The notes under the pieces: model-generated
Told to the model about the DNA's origin: nothing
What the model saw: only the letters and a program-made list of their open reading frames with translations
Databases searched by the model: none
Shown here: one piece after another, positions 11,674 to 24,291 of the stretch
How positions within the stretch are numbered: the first letter of the stretch is position 1
Layout: the number at the start of each line of letters is the position of its first letter
Translations under genes and position numbers: made by a program
Assembly: GCA_977018835.1 (NCBI GenBank)
Contig: OZ361257.1
Location: 5,146,001 to 5,210,000 of the forward strand
Source: Minutocellus sp. GHC0000111
Lineage: Eukaryota
DNA: 64,000 nucleotides
Reading direction: 5' to 3'

Positions 11674-13093
11674 ATGAGGACGCAGCAGCATCAGCAGCAA
11701 TCATACGCCAACCGTCACATTGAGCGTGTAATTAATAGAGTTTAGTCACACTCCCCTGATTCGACGCACTCGGTCACCGCAGTTCGTTCGAGAATTGGAC
11801 TGGATCGACAACGACTGGCCAACCAAGAAGAGGAAGGCTGCCGACTACCCGCAAGTCCAGTACTACTGCCTCACATCAACCGCAGGTTGCTATACCGACT
11901 TTCATTTAGATTTCGGAGGTACCTCTGTTTGGTATTCTGTCCTGAGCGGGGTCAAAGTATTTCTTTTGGCACCACCAACTAAATCCAATCTGATGACATA
12001 CGAGCAGTGGCTTTGCCAAAAGGACCAGGCTTCTGTGTTCCTGCCGGACTTGGACGGGATGGAAGATGTCATAAAGGTAACTCTTGAGCAGGATCAGACA
12101 CTGTTTATTCCTTCGGGATGGATTCATGCCGTGTACACACCAGTTGACTCAATCGTTGTTGGAGGGAATTTTCTCCATGGTTTGGCGATCGGTACCCAAC
12201 TTGACGTGCACTGCATAGAAACGCGTACAAAGGTGCCGCAGAAGTTCCGATTCCCCAATTTCGCGCGGATAAATTTTTATGCTGGAGCAAACTATCTCGA
12301 AAAGATGCGCTCGGGCAGGATTCACAAGGATGAGCTGAAGGATATGAAGCGCTTTGCCGAGGCATTGCGGTCGTGGGCTCCGAGGGGCGATGCGGAGCTT
12401 GATCCGTCGAGTGTTGTTGCGGCTACTGCTGCCGAATGCGCAAAGAAAGTCGGGTGCGCAAATGCTGTAGAAATGGCGGAAAAGATGCTTGAAGAAGTAG
12501 CGCGTATCGAGAAAGACGGCATCGTGCCACAGCCTGGTCGCAGCCCGCCACCAAAAAAGATCAAATTGTCTCTCAAAGGCCTTTCTCCGTCGACATCTCC
12601 GCCTCCCACTGCCGCCGATGATACTGCTCAAGAAGCAGCGAAGCCCAAAAAGCTCAAGCTAAAAATTGGTAATTTGGCATCGCTTCTGAAAGGCGATTCA
12701 GATAGCGACGAAATGAACGACGATAAGAAGAGCGCGTCGGGAGATGATGGGTTTCGAATTACTCTGTCACAATCGACTTCATCGGTCCCAACAGCGAATA
12801 CTGGAAAAAGAAAGATTGCAGATCTGGAAAGCAGAGCTCCAAAACTTGATTTGGGCGACGAGGAGTGGACGCCTGGAATGGACGGCGATGTGACGTACTA
12901 CACAGCAAGTAAGCCCAGCAAGTCCAAAACCAAGGCCAAACCCAAATTGAAGCTGTCATCATCTTCGTCATCGCCCTCGGTTCGTGTCGGCACAGCAAAG
13001 CCCAAAGCACCATCTCGGACATCACCAAAGCCAACGGGCAAGGCGAAAGGTATGTCTGCGAGGGCTCGTCTAAGCAAAAAGATGAAGTTCTAG
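11674..13093 (+). pseudogene. JmjC histone demethylase (KDM2/KDM7/Jhd1-like), 5'-truncated and frameshifted
   Basis: TDFHLDFGGTSVWY and GWIHAVYTP motifs. Frame opens at EFSHTPL after TAA 11729; the preceding ERVIN is in another frame; no room for the usual N-terminal part. Confidence 0.7.
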
Positions 13094-13367
13094 CTACACG
13101 TAGATCTAGAGTACATGTACTGTATATCATAACAGTAGCAACTAGCTAGACTAGATAGATATATTGCACGTAAAATACTAAAGTATGATAGCACAACAGT
13201 AGCATATAGACCTAGACTAGATGTATTTGAATGTTACAAGGCAGCAGAAAAAGAGCCAATTCTTTCTTCACACATGTATTTTTGTTCATGTAGGATCCTG
13301 ATAGCAAATAGTTGTAGTCTGCAAAACACGAGAAAAAGGTTCTTTGACCATTCGAATGGAACCTTTT

Positions 13368-13805
13368 TCATTTGCAAATATCAAACTTTTGGTACTTGCC
13401 ATCGACCACCCTCCACTCTCGATTGCACCGCACGAAATCGCCCCTATCCACATTTCCAAACGCATCGACCTTGTTCTTGTCCGAGCTTGCCGTTTTGATA
13501 CCAGCACGCTGACAGGCTTCACCGCGCTGCTTGCCGGGCGCACCGAATTTGCACAGCGCCTCATCATCGCTGAGGTCCTTCTTGGGTGCGTCGGCCGATA
13601 ACTGAGACGATGCAAAGGCGTCCATGTCGAGGGCGTTGGTGACCACAGGGGAGGCCAGGATGGTGGAAACGCCGGTGGCAAGGAATGAACGTCGGCCAAT
13701 ATTATCTCCCGCATGAAAGCCAAATCCTTCTGTGGAACGGGAGCAGATCATACATGTAGCCGCCGCCACGAGACCAGCAGGACGTCTTCGACCCAACGGG
13801 ACCAT
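13368..13805 (-). CDS. Small probable thylakoid-lumen protein
   Basis: Signal peptide (TEG|F), twin-arginine RRSFL + hydrophobic stretch ending TNA; Cys-containing mature part. Confidence 0.65.
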   Translation of the reverse strand: MVPLGRRRPAGLVAAATCMICSRSTEGFGFHAGDNIGRRSFLATGVSTILASPVVTNALDMDAFASSQLSADAPKKDLSDDEALCKFGAPGKQRGEACQRAGIKTASSDKNKVDAFGNVDRGDFVRCNREWRVVDGKYQKFDICK

Positions 13806-13964
13806 CGCTTTGATCACAAATTTATGATGACGAGACGAGCTCATCGCATCACAACATCACAACCTGCATCACTGAGTCAGAACCAAAAGGGGGACTCCCA
13901 TAAGCTGAAAAGTCGGAATGCCCCAGCCACAAACCATCTGCCTCTGTGCCCATTATTGGCAACG

Positions 13965-16365
13965 ATGGGGTCCTCACGGCCAGCGACGGCACCTGCCGTT
14001 ACGCGGCACCAGCAGCTGCTGATCCTTCTCATCGGCCTCCTCGTTGTCCTATCACCACATTGCGTAGGCGCCAAGCTCTTCAAACGCCGCGACAAGAATG
14101 CACCGGCACAGACCATCGAATCAACACCTGAAAGCTCCGACGACGACGCTCCGCCTGCTGCTGCTGACGAGGAAACAGCAGTGGCCACCGAAACCGCCGC
14201 CGAGCAAGTGTGCGATGAAATGCTTGCTCGTTCGCTCGTGAAGGCCAACGACGACAAAGCTACTGCGATTGCGGAACGGGATGAGGCGCTGACCAAAGTT
14301 TCAGCTGGCGAAGACAAGGTTGCTCAGCTCGAACAGGTGAGCATTTTTTTTGGTACACAATATGTGCCATTTTTGTTTTTACTTGCATTACACCCCAATT
14401 CTCACGTATACTCAATCTGCACATTCGCACCCGCCTCTATAGGAACTGCAAGTCAAGGTAGGCGAGGTAGCTGCCTTCACCGAAGCCGTCAAGAAGGCCG
14501 CCGAGTCCGAGGCCGCTGGCATTGCCGCCGCCCGAAAGGAGGCTGCCATCTCCATTCAAAAGATTCAAGACGATGCCGATGCCAAAATCGCGGCCGCTAA
14601 TGATCTCCTTGAACAGACCAAGCAGGAACATGCCGCCAATCTTGCCGAGATGGAAGAGAATACTCAGCGTAGCCTCCAAGATGCTCACAAGCGCGCGCAG
14701 AATGCCGCCGAACGAGCCAGGGCCGAGGCTGAGCGTTTGGAGGCTGCCAAGATTCAAGAGATTGAGCAGATCAAAAATCTGGCCGGATCTACCGTCACGG
14801 AGGCTAACAAGAAGGCGCAGAGGGAGAGGGAAGAAATTGAGAAGAAGTTTGCCGAAGCCCTGGAGGCTCATGAAGAGAATATGAACGCCGAACGTCTGCG
14901 TTCTGCTCGAGAAATCGCTGAGCTTACGGAAGAGATGGAGGCGAAGCTGAAAATTGCTCAAGAGGAAGCTCAGGCCGAAGTTGCCAAGCTCGAGGCGAAG
15001 TTGCAAACTGCCCAAGAGGAAGCGCGTGCGGAAGCTGCTCAGTTCGAGGCAGCACTTCAAAAGGCTAAGGATGACAATGCTAACGCCATGGCTCAAATTG
15101 CTGCTTACAAGTCCAAGATTGAGGAACTGAACGAAAAGGAAAGATCGCTATCGTCGTCAACCCGTAATCTTCAGGAGACCATTCTCAAGCTTGAAGAAGA
15201 GCGAGAATCAACTTATATCAACATCAGCAATATTGAGCGCGAGGTCATCGCTGCGTACAACGATATTACATCGGCAGCTTATGTGTTTGTCGGAGACCTC
15301 GCCCGCAGTGGCCGTGAATTGACTTGTGACCTTGCTCGAAGTGGCCGAGATTGGACTGTCAGTCAGTCCAAGCACGCATATGCCAGTGCGATTGACGTTT
15401 ATTCCACCGTTGTTCGCCCGGCGGTCACTGCAACGGCCAACGACGTCGCCGGCAGCACAAAGGCGATCTATGCTTCCCACATTCAGCCTCCGATGAATAT
15501 ACTTGGAGCCAATGTGCAAGAAAGGTACAAAGAAATGGTCAAACCCCACGTTGATGAGCATATTATGCCCATTTACGAAAGCAAAGTAAAGCCAGCCTTC
15601 AACGAGCACGTGCTTCCTATTTACATCGACCATGTTGTGCCTGCTTATGAGAACCACGTCATTCCAGCAAAGGAGAGGGCATTGGATGCCGCCGTCGCCG
15701 GTCGGGACGTTGCTATCTTTTTGGCCGAAGACATGAAGCAGTCGGCATGGAAGGATATCAAGGAGGCAATGAAATTGGCCGAGGAAGCTTCGATAGAGGC
15801 CTATGGATATGTGACTACCTTTATCGAAACCTCTCGGGCTCGTGCTTTTGAGTTCTCAGTTCATTGCTCGGTACAACTCTTTGATGCTTCAATGGGGCTC
15901 ATCGACAAATACGACAATAACGGAATCGTACCTGATGTAGTGAAGGAGAAGATTAGGGCTGCTCGTAACAACGCCGAGGCTTTTGTCGAAAATGCTGCCT
16001 GGGTCATATTCGCGGGCCTCTTGGTTGTCTCTGTGCCATTTCTCATGAAAGTGGCTATACTTTGCGTCGAAGTAGCCTTCATCATTGCATTTGAATTGGC
16101 AACATGGCCCTTCCGTGTAGTTTGGTTCTTCTGCCCCCTGCGTCTTCTTTTTGGTCGCAGAGAAGAGGGCATTGTCCCGGATGTTTTGGAGGTATCGCCA
16201 ACGACGTCAGTCGATGAAGGGGCGCAATCTTCGTCACCTATTGTGAAGGAAACTGTGAACATGCGCGTGCGTCCAATCACTCCTCCTGGGCAGTCCGCGA
16301 GTGTGCCAAATACGAGAAGTCGGGCGGCCAAGAACGGTACCAGCCTCACCTGCACTGACGAATAG
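13965..16365 (+). CDS. Secretory coiled-coil protein with C-terminal TM; intron 14337-14442
   Basis: Signal peptide; GTGAG...TAG intron joins exon 1 in frame to the long A/E/K-rich helical exon; C-terminal hydrophobic segment. Confidence 0.75.
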
Positions 16366-16435
16366 GGGTTCACAGACCAAAGAATATAGCTATGTAACGG
16401 AATAGGAAATTTATCGCTGCTTCCACTTACTTTTC

Positions 16436-18230
16436 TTAGTCCTTCTTCTTGCTAGCATCAACGGTCGACTTACCAGAGATCAAGGTGGCCTGAAGCAATG
16501 CTGCCGCAAGGAAACAAGCACTGACACCTACAAAAACTTGTGCCGGTTCCAATACATCAGTCGCATGAGTACCCGCAACGACGACTGCGTTAAGTGGAAG
16601 GCGAAAAATATTAAGAATTCCACCCTGCAAAGCATCCGGCACATACTTTGATCGCAACGTACCCGCCACAGGCATGAATAGACCGACGCACATTTCGATA
16701 ACCATGAAGCTGGCAAGAATATTCTCAAAGCAATGGCCAGTCGACGAGGCATTCGACAGGCAATACGCTGGAACAGCCATACTCGCAGCAGCCAGGACAT
16801 AAATCAAAGACGCCGACAGCTCCGATGCGTTCGCCTCCGATATGAAATACTTCGATACGAACGATTCCAGCGGCTGGAAAAGAAGCCCACCAATAGTCAC
16901 GGCCATCATCAAAGCTGAAAAGATGGCTCCAGCCGGTACACCGCCCTCCGGCTCCATCGACAAGAGTGTAGGGACCCACATGAAAACAAATGTGTACATT
17001 GCTCCCTCGCTCAAAGATTGAGTCATGCCAATGCGCCAAATGTGAGAATCAGTCAATGTTGCCTTCCACCCCTCAGTGAATTGATGGTAAAGAGAGGATT
17101 TGGAATGATCCCCGGCATGTTCCTCTCCGTAGTTCTCTTCCCAACGAGTTACCATCACAACAGCTAAAGCAGTCAGAGCAATCGCACCCTGGAATGGACC
17201 AATATGTCCAAGTTTATCCTCAAGAACTTGAGCGATGATGCCCGCAAGAATTGCCATCGTACCGTTGCCAATTGAAGCCTATTCGATCGATGAAATTATT
17301 TTTGCATATTTGGTGAGATCGACACTATTACGCAATAAAGAAAATAAACAGAAAGATGTAAATGGACTTACCGCAGAGTAGGTCCTAGCAAGCCAGGCAT
17401 CGGGGAATCCCCGATGTCTGTGCTCGGTGGTCATCCAACTTTCAAAGGCCGAGAAGAGCAGGTTGGTCGAAATTCCACCCAAAACACGCCCCAAAAGCAG
17501 CAGCTGGAAATTGGTGCAGTGCTCCAGAACGTTGATGATGATCTCCAAAACGCAGTAGACGATGCAGGACTTCTTCCGGCCGAACTTGTCGACCGCCGAT
17601 CCCAAGAAGGGGGCAAAGATGGCACCATTCAGAAAGCCGGTGAGGAACAGCGCTGAAATGTTGACCCCATAGGACAGGTACAGCGTGTACATGTGCGTTC
17701 CCTGCATCCAGTCCGCGAGCATGATAACGAGATAGACGGCAATGTACTGCCTGCGGAAGGCATCGAACTCCGTATGGAGCTTCTTGGTGGCAGTCTTGGC
17801 CCGTGTGGCTCTGCCCTCTGTAACCTCCAGGTCCTTCTCATCCTCCGGCGTGTACAGGACGTTGGTACCGACGAGAGTTACGGCGAGGACAGCCCCCATT
17901 ACCATTAGAAGCCGGATTGTCCTAAGAGGGAAGAAGTAAAAAAAGCACCGGAAAAAATCACAGTTGTTTTTAGACTCAGACTTATCTTGCATATCGAACA
18001 AGAGGAAGCATCAAGCACAAGCTTCATGTTGAAGAGCATCATCCAATAAATGAAAATGATGGAAACCAACTGCCCTTTCGCCATGCATGTGCCGATACGG
18101 CCAAAAGATACTGCCCAACTCACCATCTCGGCCAATCCGGCAAGAAGCCAAAGAGAATATCCGAGTCGGCGTGAACATCGCTCGCCGCAGCGGAGCGGAA
18201 GAGGCCGGCAAGGACGGTGGCAGTCCTCAT
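16436..18230 (-). CDS. MFS molybdate-anion transporter (MOT2/MFSD5-like); introns 18123-17922 and 17371-17279
   Basis: Motifs ADWMQGTHMYTLY, GRVLGGISTNLLFSAFESW, EGAMYTFVFMWVP, NIFRLPLN; both introns GT-AG with consistent phase. Confidence 0.85.
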
Positions 18231-18524
18231 CGTTGGCTTTGCTTTGGCAGTTTGCAAGTTGGCCGAAAACGTCACAATTTTTTTGCTCGATATGTACTCC
18301 TCAAAAATGAGAGTGCGGCAATTTTCAGGTAAAATAAAATCTGAGAGAGTGCAAAAGAATCGTCTGTTCATCGTCCGTACATGAGCCGGCCCGGCTTGCT
18401 CGCAGGTCGAGGCCGGCCTGCTTGCTCGACTGGCACTGGCCATCCAATTTGAACGCCGCTTCTCGGCGAGGTGCTTCACATGCTCTCGTGCTCCACGCCA
18501 ACCCCAAAACCAAAAACCAACAAA

Positions 18525-20569
18525 ATGGCCGGCGATTCCGACAATCCGTCCCCTGTCCGAGGCATGGCGAGCCCCCGCGGCTCCGGACCTGCCGCCTCCC
18601 CGACCCAGATCAAGGGCGAGCCCCTCTGGGAGGTCGACGAGGAGACCCTCAACTCCGGCGCATGCGGGTGAGTCAGTCGTTGCTGTGTCGTTCAAATCAA
18701 ATTAAGTGCACGGGATACACATTGGGAAGTTGCAGCGAGAGAGCCAGCGAAGAATGTAGCGCGCGTACTGCACCGAAGTGATCGAAGTTATTCTTTCCCC
18801 GTCTGATCGATACATGCAGACGATTAGAAAGGCCCCGTCCTATAAGCCAGTGGACAACCTTGGGGTGAACTCTGATCGGTGTTAGAACGATGCCTGCCAC
18901 TGCTCTTTCGCCCTCTCTCTGTATCTGTTATCTCCTTGATGCGCATTACTTTACGTGCACTTTTGGGCCGTTTCACTCTCTGGATTGTTTTTTCCCTACA
19001 AGTGCACTCATCTTATGTCGCCCTCATATATAATATTGTCACAACCAGTCAAATACCTTGAATTGCAGCTTCACGGCCGAAAAGATCTTCTGCAACAACT
19101 CGGCCTCTGTCGCCTACACCTATGACGATGTGATTATGATGCCCGGCCACATCCACTTTGCCCTCCACGAGGTTGATATTTCCACCCAGCTTACCAAGAA
19201 CATCAAGCTCAAGGCACCCTTCGTCTCGTCCCCCATGGACACCGTCACTGAGTCCAAGATGGCCATCGAGATGGCCCTCCAGGGAGGCATCGGCATCATC
19301 CACTCCAACTACAGCATTGAGGCACAGGCTGCCGAAGTTTACAAGGTCAAGAAGTACAAGAATGGCTTCATCACCGACCCCGTCTGCCTCTCTCCTACCA
19401 ACACCGTCGAGGATGCCATCGACATCAAGCATTCCTTTGGTTATTCCGGCATCCCCATCACCGACACTGGCAAGATGGGCGGCAAGCTCGTCGGTATCAT
19501 CTCCAACCGTGACACCTCCTTCGTTGATGACTTTTCTGTCAAGGTCAGCGAGTTCATGGCCCCCCGCGACAAGCTCACCGTCGCCAAGGAGGGCGTCAGC
19601 CTCGAGGAGGCCAACGAGCTCCTCAAGGAATCCAAGAAGGGCAAGCTCCCCGTCGTCAACGAGAACGACGAGCTCGTTGCCCTCATCGCCCGGACCGATT
19701 TGCAAAAGAACCGCGACTTCCCCCGCGCCTCCAAGAACGAAAAGACCAAGCAGCTTCTTGTCGGTGCCTCCATCGGAACTCGGCCAGAGGATCGCGACCG
19801 TGCCAAGGCCCTCGTCGAGGCTGGTGTCGACGTCATCGTCGTCGACTCCTCCCAGGGAGATTCCACGTACCAGCTTGAGATCATCCAGCACCTTAAGGAG
19901 ACGCACCCCCACGTCGACGTCATCGGTGGCAACGTCGTCACCCCCACCCAGGCCCTCCATCTCATCCAGGCTGGCGCCGACGGCCTTCGTGTCGGTATGG
20001 GCATCGGATCGATCTGCACCACCCAGGAGGTTTGCGCCGTCGGCCGTGCCCAGGCCTCGGCCGTCTACCACGTCGCCAAGTTCGCCCGCACGTACGGCGT
20101 CCCCATCGTGGCCGATGGCGGCATCAAGTCGACTGGACACATCACCAAGGCTCTGGTTTGCGGTGCCTCCTGCGTCATGATGGGATCGATGCTTGCCGGT
20201 ACCGACGAGGCTCCTGGCGAATACTTCTACCAGGACGGAGTTCGATTGAAGCGATACCGCGGCATGGGCAGCCTCGAAGCCATGCAGAAGGGAAGTGAAA
20301 AGCGTTACGTTTGGGACAACAATAAGACTGCCGTCAAGGTGGCGCAAGGAGTGAGCGGCGCCGTTGAGGATAAGGGATCGCTGCGACGATACATCCCCTA
20401 CCTCATCCAGGGTGTTCGACACGGTATGCAGGATGCCGGAGTCAACAGCCTTCAGGACGCCAAGGAAAAGCTCTACAGCGGCGGCATTCGATTCGAGATC
20501 CGATCGCCGGCTGCTCAAAAGGAGGGTGGCGTCCACGGTCTTCACTCCTACCAGAAGAGGCTCTACTAA
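18525..20569 (+). CDS. IMPDH: Inosine-5'-monophosphate dehydrogenase; intron 18668-19068
   Basis: [12 protein letters not shown] pair, catalytic [25 protein letters not shown]; spliced GG|C junction restores frame; strong codon bias. Confidence 0.97.
18771..18881 (+). ncRNA. Intronic box C/D snoRNA (candidate guide for LSU rRNA G2395-equivalent)
   Basis: Terminal stem CACCGA/TCGGTG, C-like GTGATCG 18778-84, D' CTGA 18803-06, D CTGA 18872-75; 11-nt guide TTCTTTCCCCG complementary to conserved LSU CGGGGAAAGAA. Confidence 0.75.
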
Positions 20570-20796
20570 GGAATAACCTTAGCTTGATTGAATCACTCTT
20601 CCAGGGGAGCGCTTTTGTTGTTGCGAATGAACAGTAGAGAAATGACACAAGTAAGCATTACGCTACGATATCTAACATAACGAAGGTACTCAATTTCATT
20701 CTTATGAATTACTGCGTGCCAGTAGCTATCTGGTAATTAGCTTCGTAGCTAACTACTGTGTAGTAGCATTGCAATCATCTACACTTGAACAAGGCA

Positions 20797-22261
20797 TTAT
20801 GGAGGAGAGTTATCGAGCACCGATTGGAGTAGGTCTACAACTTCCCGTGCCGTCGGCCTCTCTCGCGGATCTTGTTTCCAGCACAAGTCAATCGCCCTCA
20901 CAAGTGCTTGTATTTTTGGATCGTCCGAGTCCCGATACATTGAGTGTGATATGTGCGGTCGATCTCCCTTCATCACAGCCTTGTGAACCTGCTTCTCGCT
21001 CCATCCTTCCAATTCGAATGGTTCCTGTAAGGTTAGCACCTGGTACAGGATATTACCCGCGGAGTAAATATCAACTTTTTCTGTTTCAGGATCATAACGG
21101 TATTCTTCAGGACTGCGCCAATTGCCTGGGTTATTGGAAATTGTAAAGCCGCACGACTCATCTTTAGCTTTGTCCCAACCAATGGCTCTCATTCTATTGA
21201 AGTCATTCAAGATGAAATTATCGTCCCCAACGGAAAGATATTGGTCAGTTGTGATATCAGTGTGCGCAAAGCTCACCCGTCCCTCACGATCCACATTGTG
21301 GACAGTGGCGAGCGCGTCCATTACCTGTATGGCTATCTGAACCTTTTTGGAAGCCGTCCAATCCTTCCCTCGCTTTCGTATGGCTCGGTCCAAATCGCCC
21401 TTGGCACAATATTGAATGAATGCCGTTACCCCACAGAAGGAATAAATGTCCAGGATCAGCGGTGACGGGCTCAGCCGTTCGAGACAGACTGCATCTCGCC
21501 GATATCTGTCAAAGTTGCGCATGGTGAAGTCAACATCGTACAATTTGGACTTGAGAGCAATCGGATTCCCGTCCCACTCGGGTAGTTTCCAGATTTCAAC
21601 CCATCCTCCATGATTAACTCGTTTGGGAGGTTCCGATGCATCCTCATCGGCCCAATTTCCTTCGTGGACCAAATTGCAGGTTGGCAGAGACGATGTCTGC
21701 CAGGAGTACTGATGGACGCACGGTGCCTCAACTCCGTCCTTGATGTAGTCATTCCGATACTTTTTGCTCTGTTTTCTGCGTTCTGCCGAAGTCAGCACAC
21801 GCCAGGGCTACTTCCAGGTCAGTTGCAGTGGACTCATATTTGCTTTGCCTTGGCAATGCCTTGACGCTCATTAGATTTGAATGGTCATGAATGAGTTGCA
21901 GCATGTGTGGTCGTATTGCATACCCAACTTGCCCGTGCATTTCCGTTATTGCCTTTGCAGTCGGTACACGCCCAGCCTTGCCATTGTTACGTCGCACCCG
22001 ATCATTTTGAGAGGGAGGATCATATATGTATTGTGACAAACGGCCGCTCATCATGAACGTCAGCCCCAGACATCCCAGCACTCCACCACCGACCAATGCT
22101 GCGGCCAGCACCACGGCCGACGTCTGGTCTCGCCGGCGTCTCACCGGTGCTTTGTGGGGCGACAATCGATCGTCAGCTGGACAATCGTCATTGTTGCCAT
22201 TCAATATTGCCTTGCTCGGGGATCGTCTTCGGGATCGGACCGACGACCCATTCGCACTCAT
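20797..22261 (-). pseudogene. Type II membrane-anchored protein kinase (PKDCC/VLK-like), frameshift near 21806
   Basis: N-terminal TM in ORF 21749..22261; kinase motifs ALK, HTDITTDQY, NDFN, RSPEE, DIYSAG in ORF 20797..21798; removing one base of a CCC run joins them. Confidence 0.7.
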
Positions 22262-22801
22262 CGTTGCTTCTCGTATTCGGTGTGAGGCCGAGTGTGAGGC
22301 CGAGTGGTTCTATTCTGGTCGGGCGCTGACCACTCTTCTCTATTCTGGTCGGGCGCTGACCACCCGAGCACCCTGCCATGCCTGGAGCAGTTTGGCGCAC
22401 AAGGATTACGTACGTACAAAAACCGTACGGAAGGGGGCCGGATCGACCTTCTTCGCCAACTTGCAAACTGTCCAACCCGAAGTTTTGGAGTTCATCATCC
22501 ACAGAAGCGCAAGAAATTTACCGCATTATTTATATGTTTATACTGGCATTGCGTTCGTTTGTCGCCTGTAGATCAACCGTTACTGAAGCTCCTAAGTTGC
22601 AAAGTTGAGTCTCGAGGCAGGCGGAGGCAGACAGAACAGACCATATGCGTTTGTTGTTGCTGCTGCTGCTATGCGTTTGTTGCTGCTGCTGACTGAGGAT
22701 GGAAAAGATTTCCCTCTGGTGCTAAGTCTTTACCAAAGATAACAACCAAATACTAGTGATGGTATGGTGAGGCATCAACTAGGAATCCCTATCTTCTAAT
22801 C

Positions 22802-23810
22802 TCATCCGCAAAGCAGCAGCTTGGAAAATCTGAAGAAAGTGCAGAAAGATCGGGAGAAAACGAATGTTTTTTGGAGCGTGAGTAGACGAAAAGAAGTCGT
22901 CGGCCCAAAAATCGATTAAACCAAAATTCCTACGATTGTAACGGGTCCCTTTAAACGAAACCCAAAACAATTTATTGGCGTGTGCCGACCCCCCTGATCA
23001 TCTATCAATGCAATGAACTCGTTGGAATATCTCGCCCGCCCCCCTCCCCCAACCATGAATTGACCACATCCACAACATATTACTATCCCACAGCAATTTG
23101 TACTTACTCCTTGTAGCTAATTTGGCCGTCACCGTCAGAATCGGCCTCCTCGATCATCATTTCAACCTCCTCATCCGTCAAAGTTTCACCCAACTTGGCC
23201 ATAATTTGTCTCAATTCGTCTGCCAAAGAGGAAGCGAATTCGTTTACGAAGAAATGCAAAGATTGTTGTTGGTCTGAAATATCTTGGAAGTGCACGTACA
23301 CCCGAAAAAAGCAGCAGATTATCGGCAAAACTTACCTGCCGTTATGAAACCATCTCCATCGACGTCGAACACTTTGAAGGCCTCCAGTCCGATGTCAGGT
23401 TCATTCGTTTGATGAATCTCCTGTCTACGAACCATATCGAGGAATTCCTGAAAATCGATAACGCCGTCGTGGTTGGTGTCCGACTCGTCAATCATCTGGC
23501 GAAGTTCCTCATCCGTGGGAAATTGGCCGAGCGATCTCATTACTGTGCCTAGCTCGACCGCAGTAATGCATCCATCACCGTCCTGCGTCGTGTGAAGGAG
23601 ATCGAGGGAAAGGCAGAGATGGCGTGTGATGAGCCAAACAAAAACACGCATACGGATACTATTGGACTAATTTCCCACAGAAGGTATTATCTGGATGCAA
23701 CCTACAACAAAGTCGGGTCCATTTTGTCTCACCTTATCAAACATCCTGAAGGCCTCTCGTGCCTCCTGCACCTGTTGCTTCGTCAGCGGCGGCATCGGTA
23801 ATTCGCTCAT
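22802..23810 (-). CDS. Calmodulin-like EF-hand protein; exons 23810-23733, 23582-23336, 23219-23108, 22829-22802
   Basis: Four EF hands ([32 protein letters not shown]); three GT-AG introns with matching phase; ends EFSKLLLCG*. Confidence 0.9.
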
Positions 23811-24291
23811 GATGTTTTTGTTCAAATTTGCTTTACTGATACGGTGAGATAGTTGGTCCAAATGCAGGGGTGGAGGGTGGGTGAGGTTTGCAAACATTTC
23901 AATTGCAAGGAGGGTAGTCGATAGTGCAGTCGGATAATTATTGATACGCAGGAGCACATGCGGATCAGGTCATCAGGTCGAGACAGAGAGACAAAACCGC
24001 TGCGACGACTCAAACCAATGGTTGCCACCTTGCGGGAAGCTGCAGGGCCGAATAAATACACAATACCGCATCTTCTTACCTGTTGTCGATGTGCTTTTCT
24101 TTAGTCTGCACGTAGCCCAAGCCCTTGAAGCTGGTGGCTTTGCTCTTTGATGATACTTCACGATCAGCGCGTTGATCGAGCGGCTGAGCGTGTGGTTTCC
24201 GGGTCCTGACCGGTCCTGAATAATACTCCCATCATGCCATTCTCCCCTCTGATCAATCTGCGGCAGAACTATCCAACCAACCAAACTAATC

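Noticed and set aside
17975..17990. Apparent mutated 5' splice site (AAG|ATAAGT) in the MOT2-like gene
   Set aside because: A canonical intron 18123-17922 gives a coherent in-frame model.
19049..20545. 498-aa antisense ORF over IMPDH
   Set aside because: Shadow ORF produced by strong codon bias.
22280..22363. CRISPR-like repeats
   Set aside because: Only two copies, no spacers or cas genes, eukaryotic context.
23030..23055. G-rich tract in calmodulin-like intron 3 (possible G-quadruplex)
   Set aside because: Single short tract with no supporting evidence.
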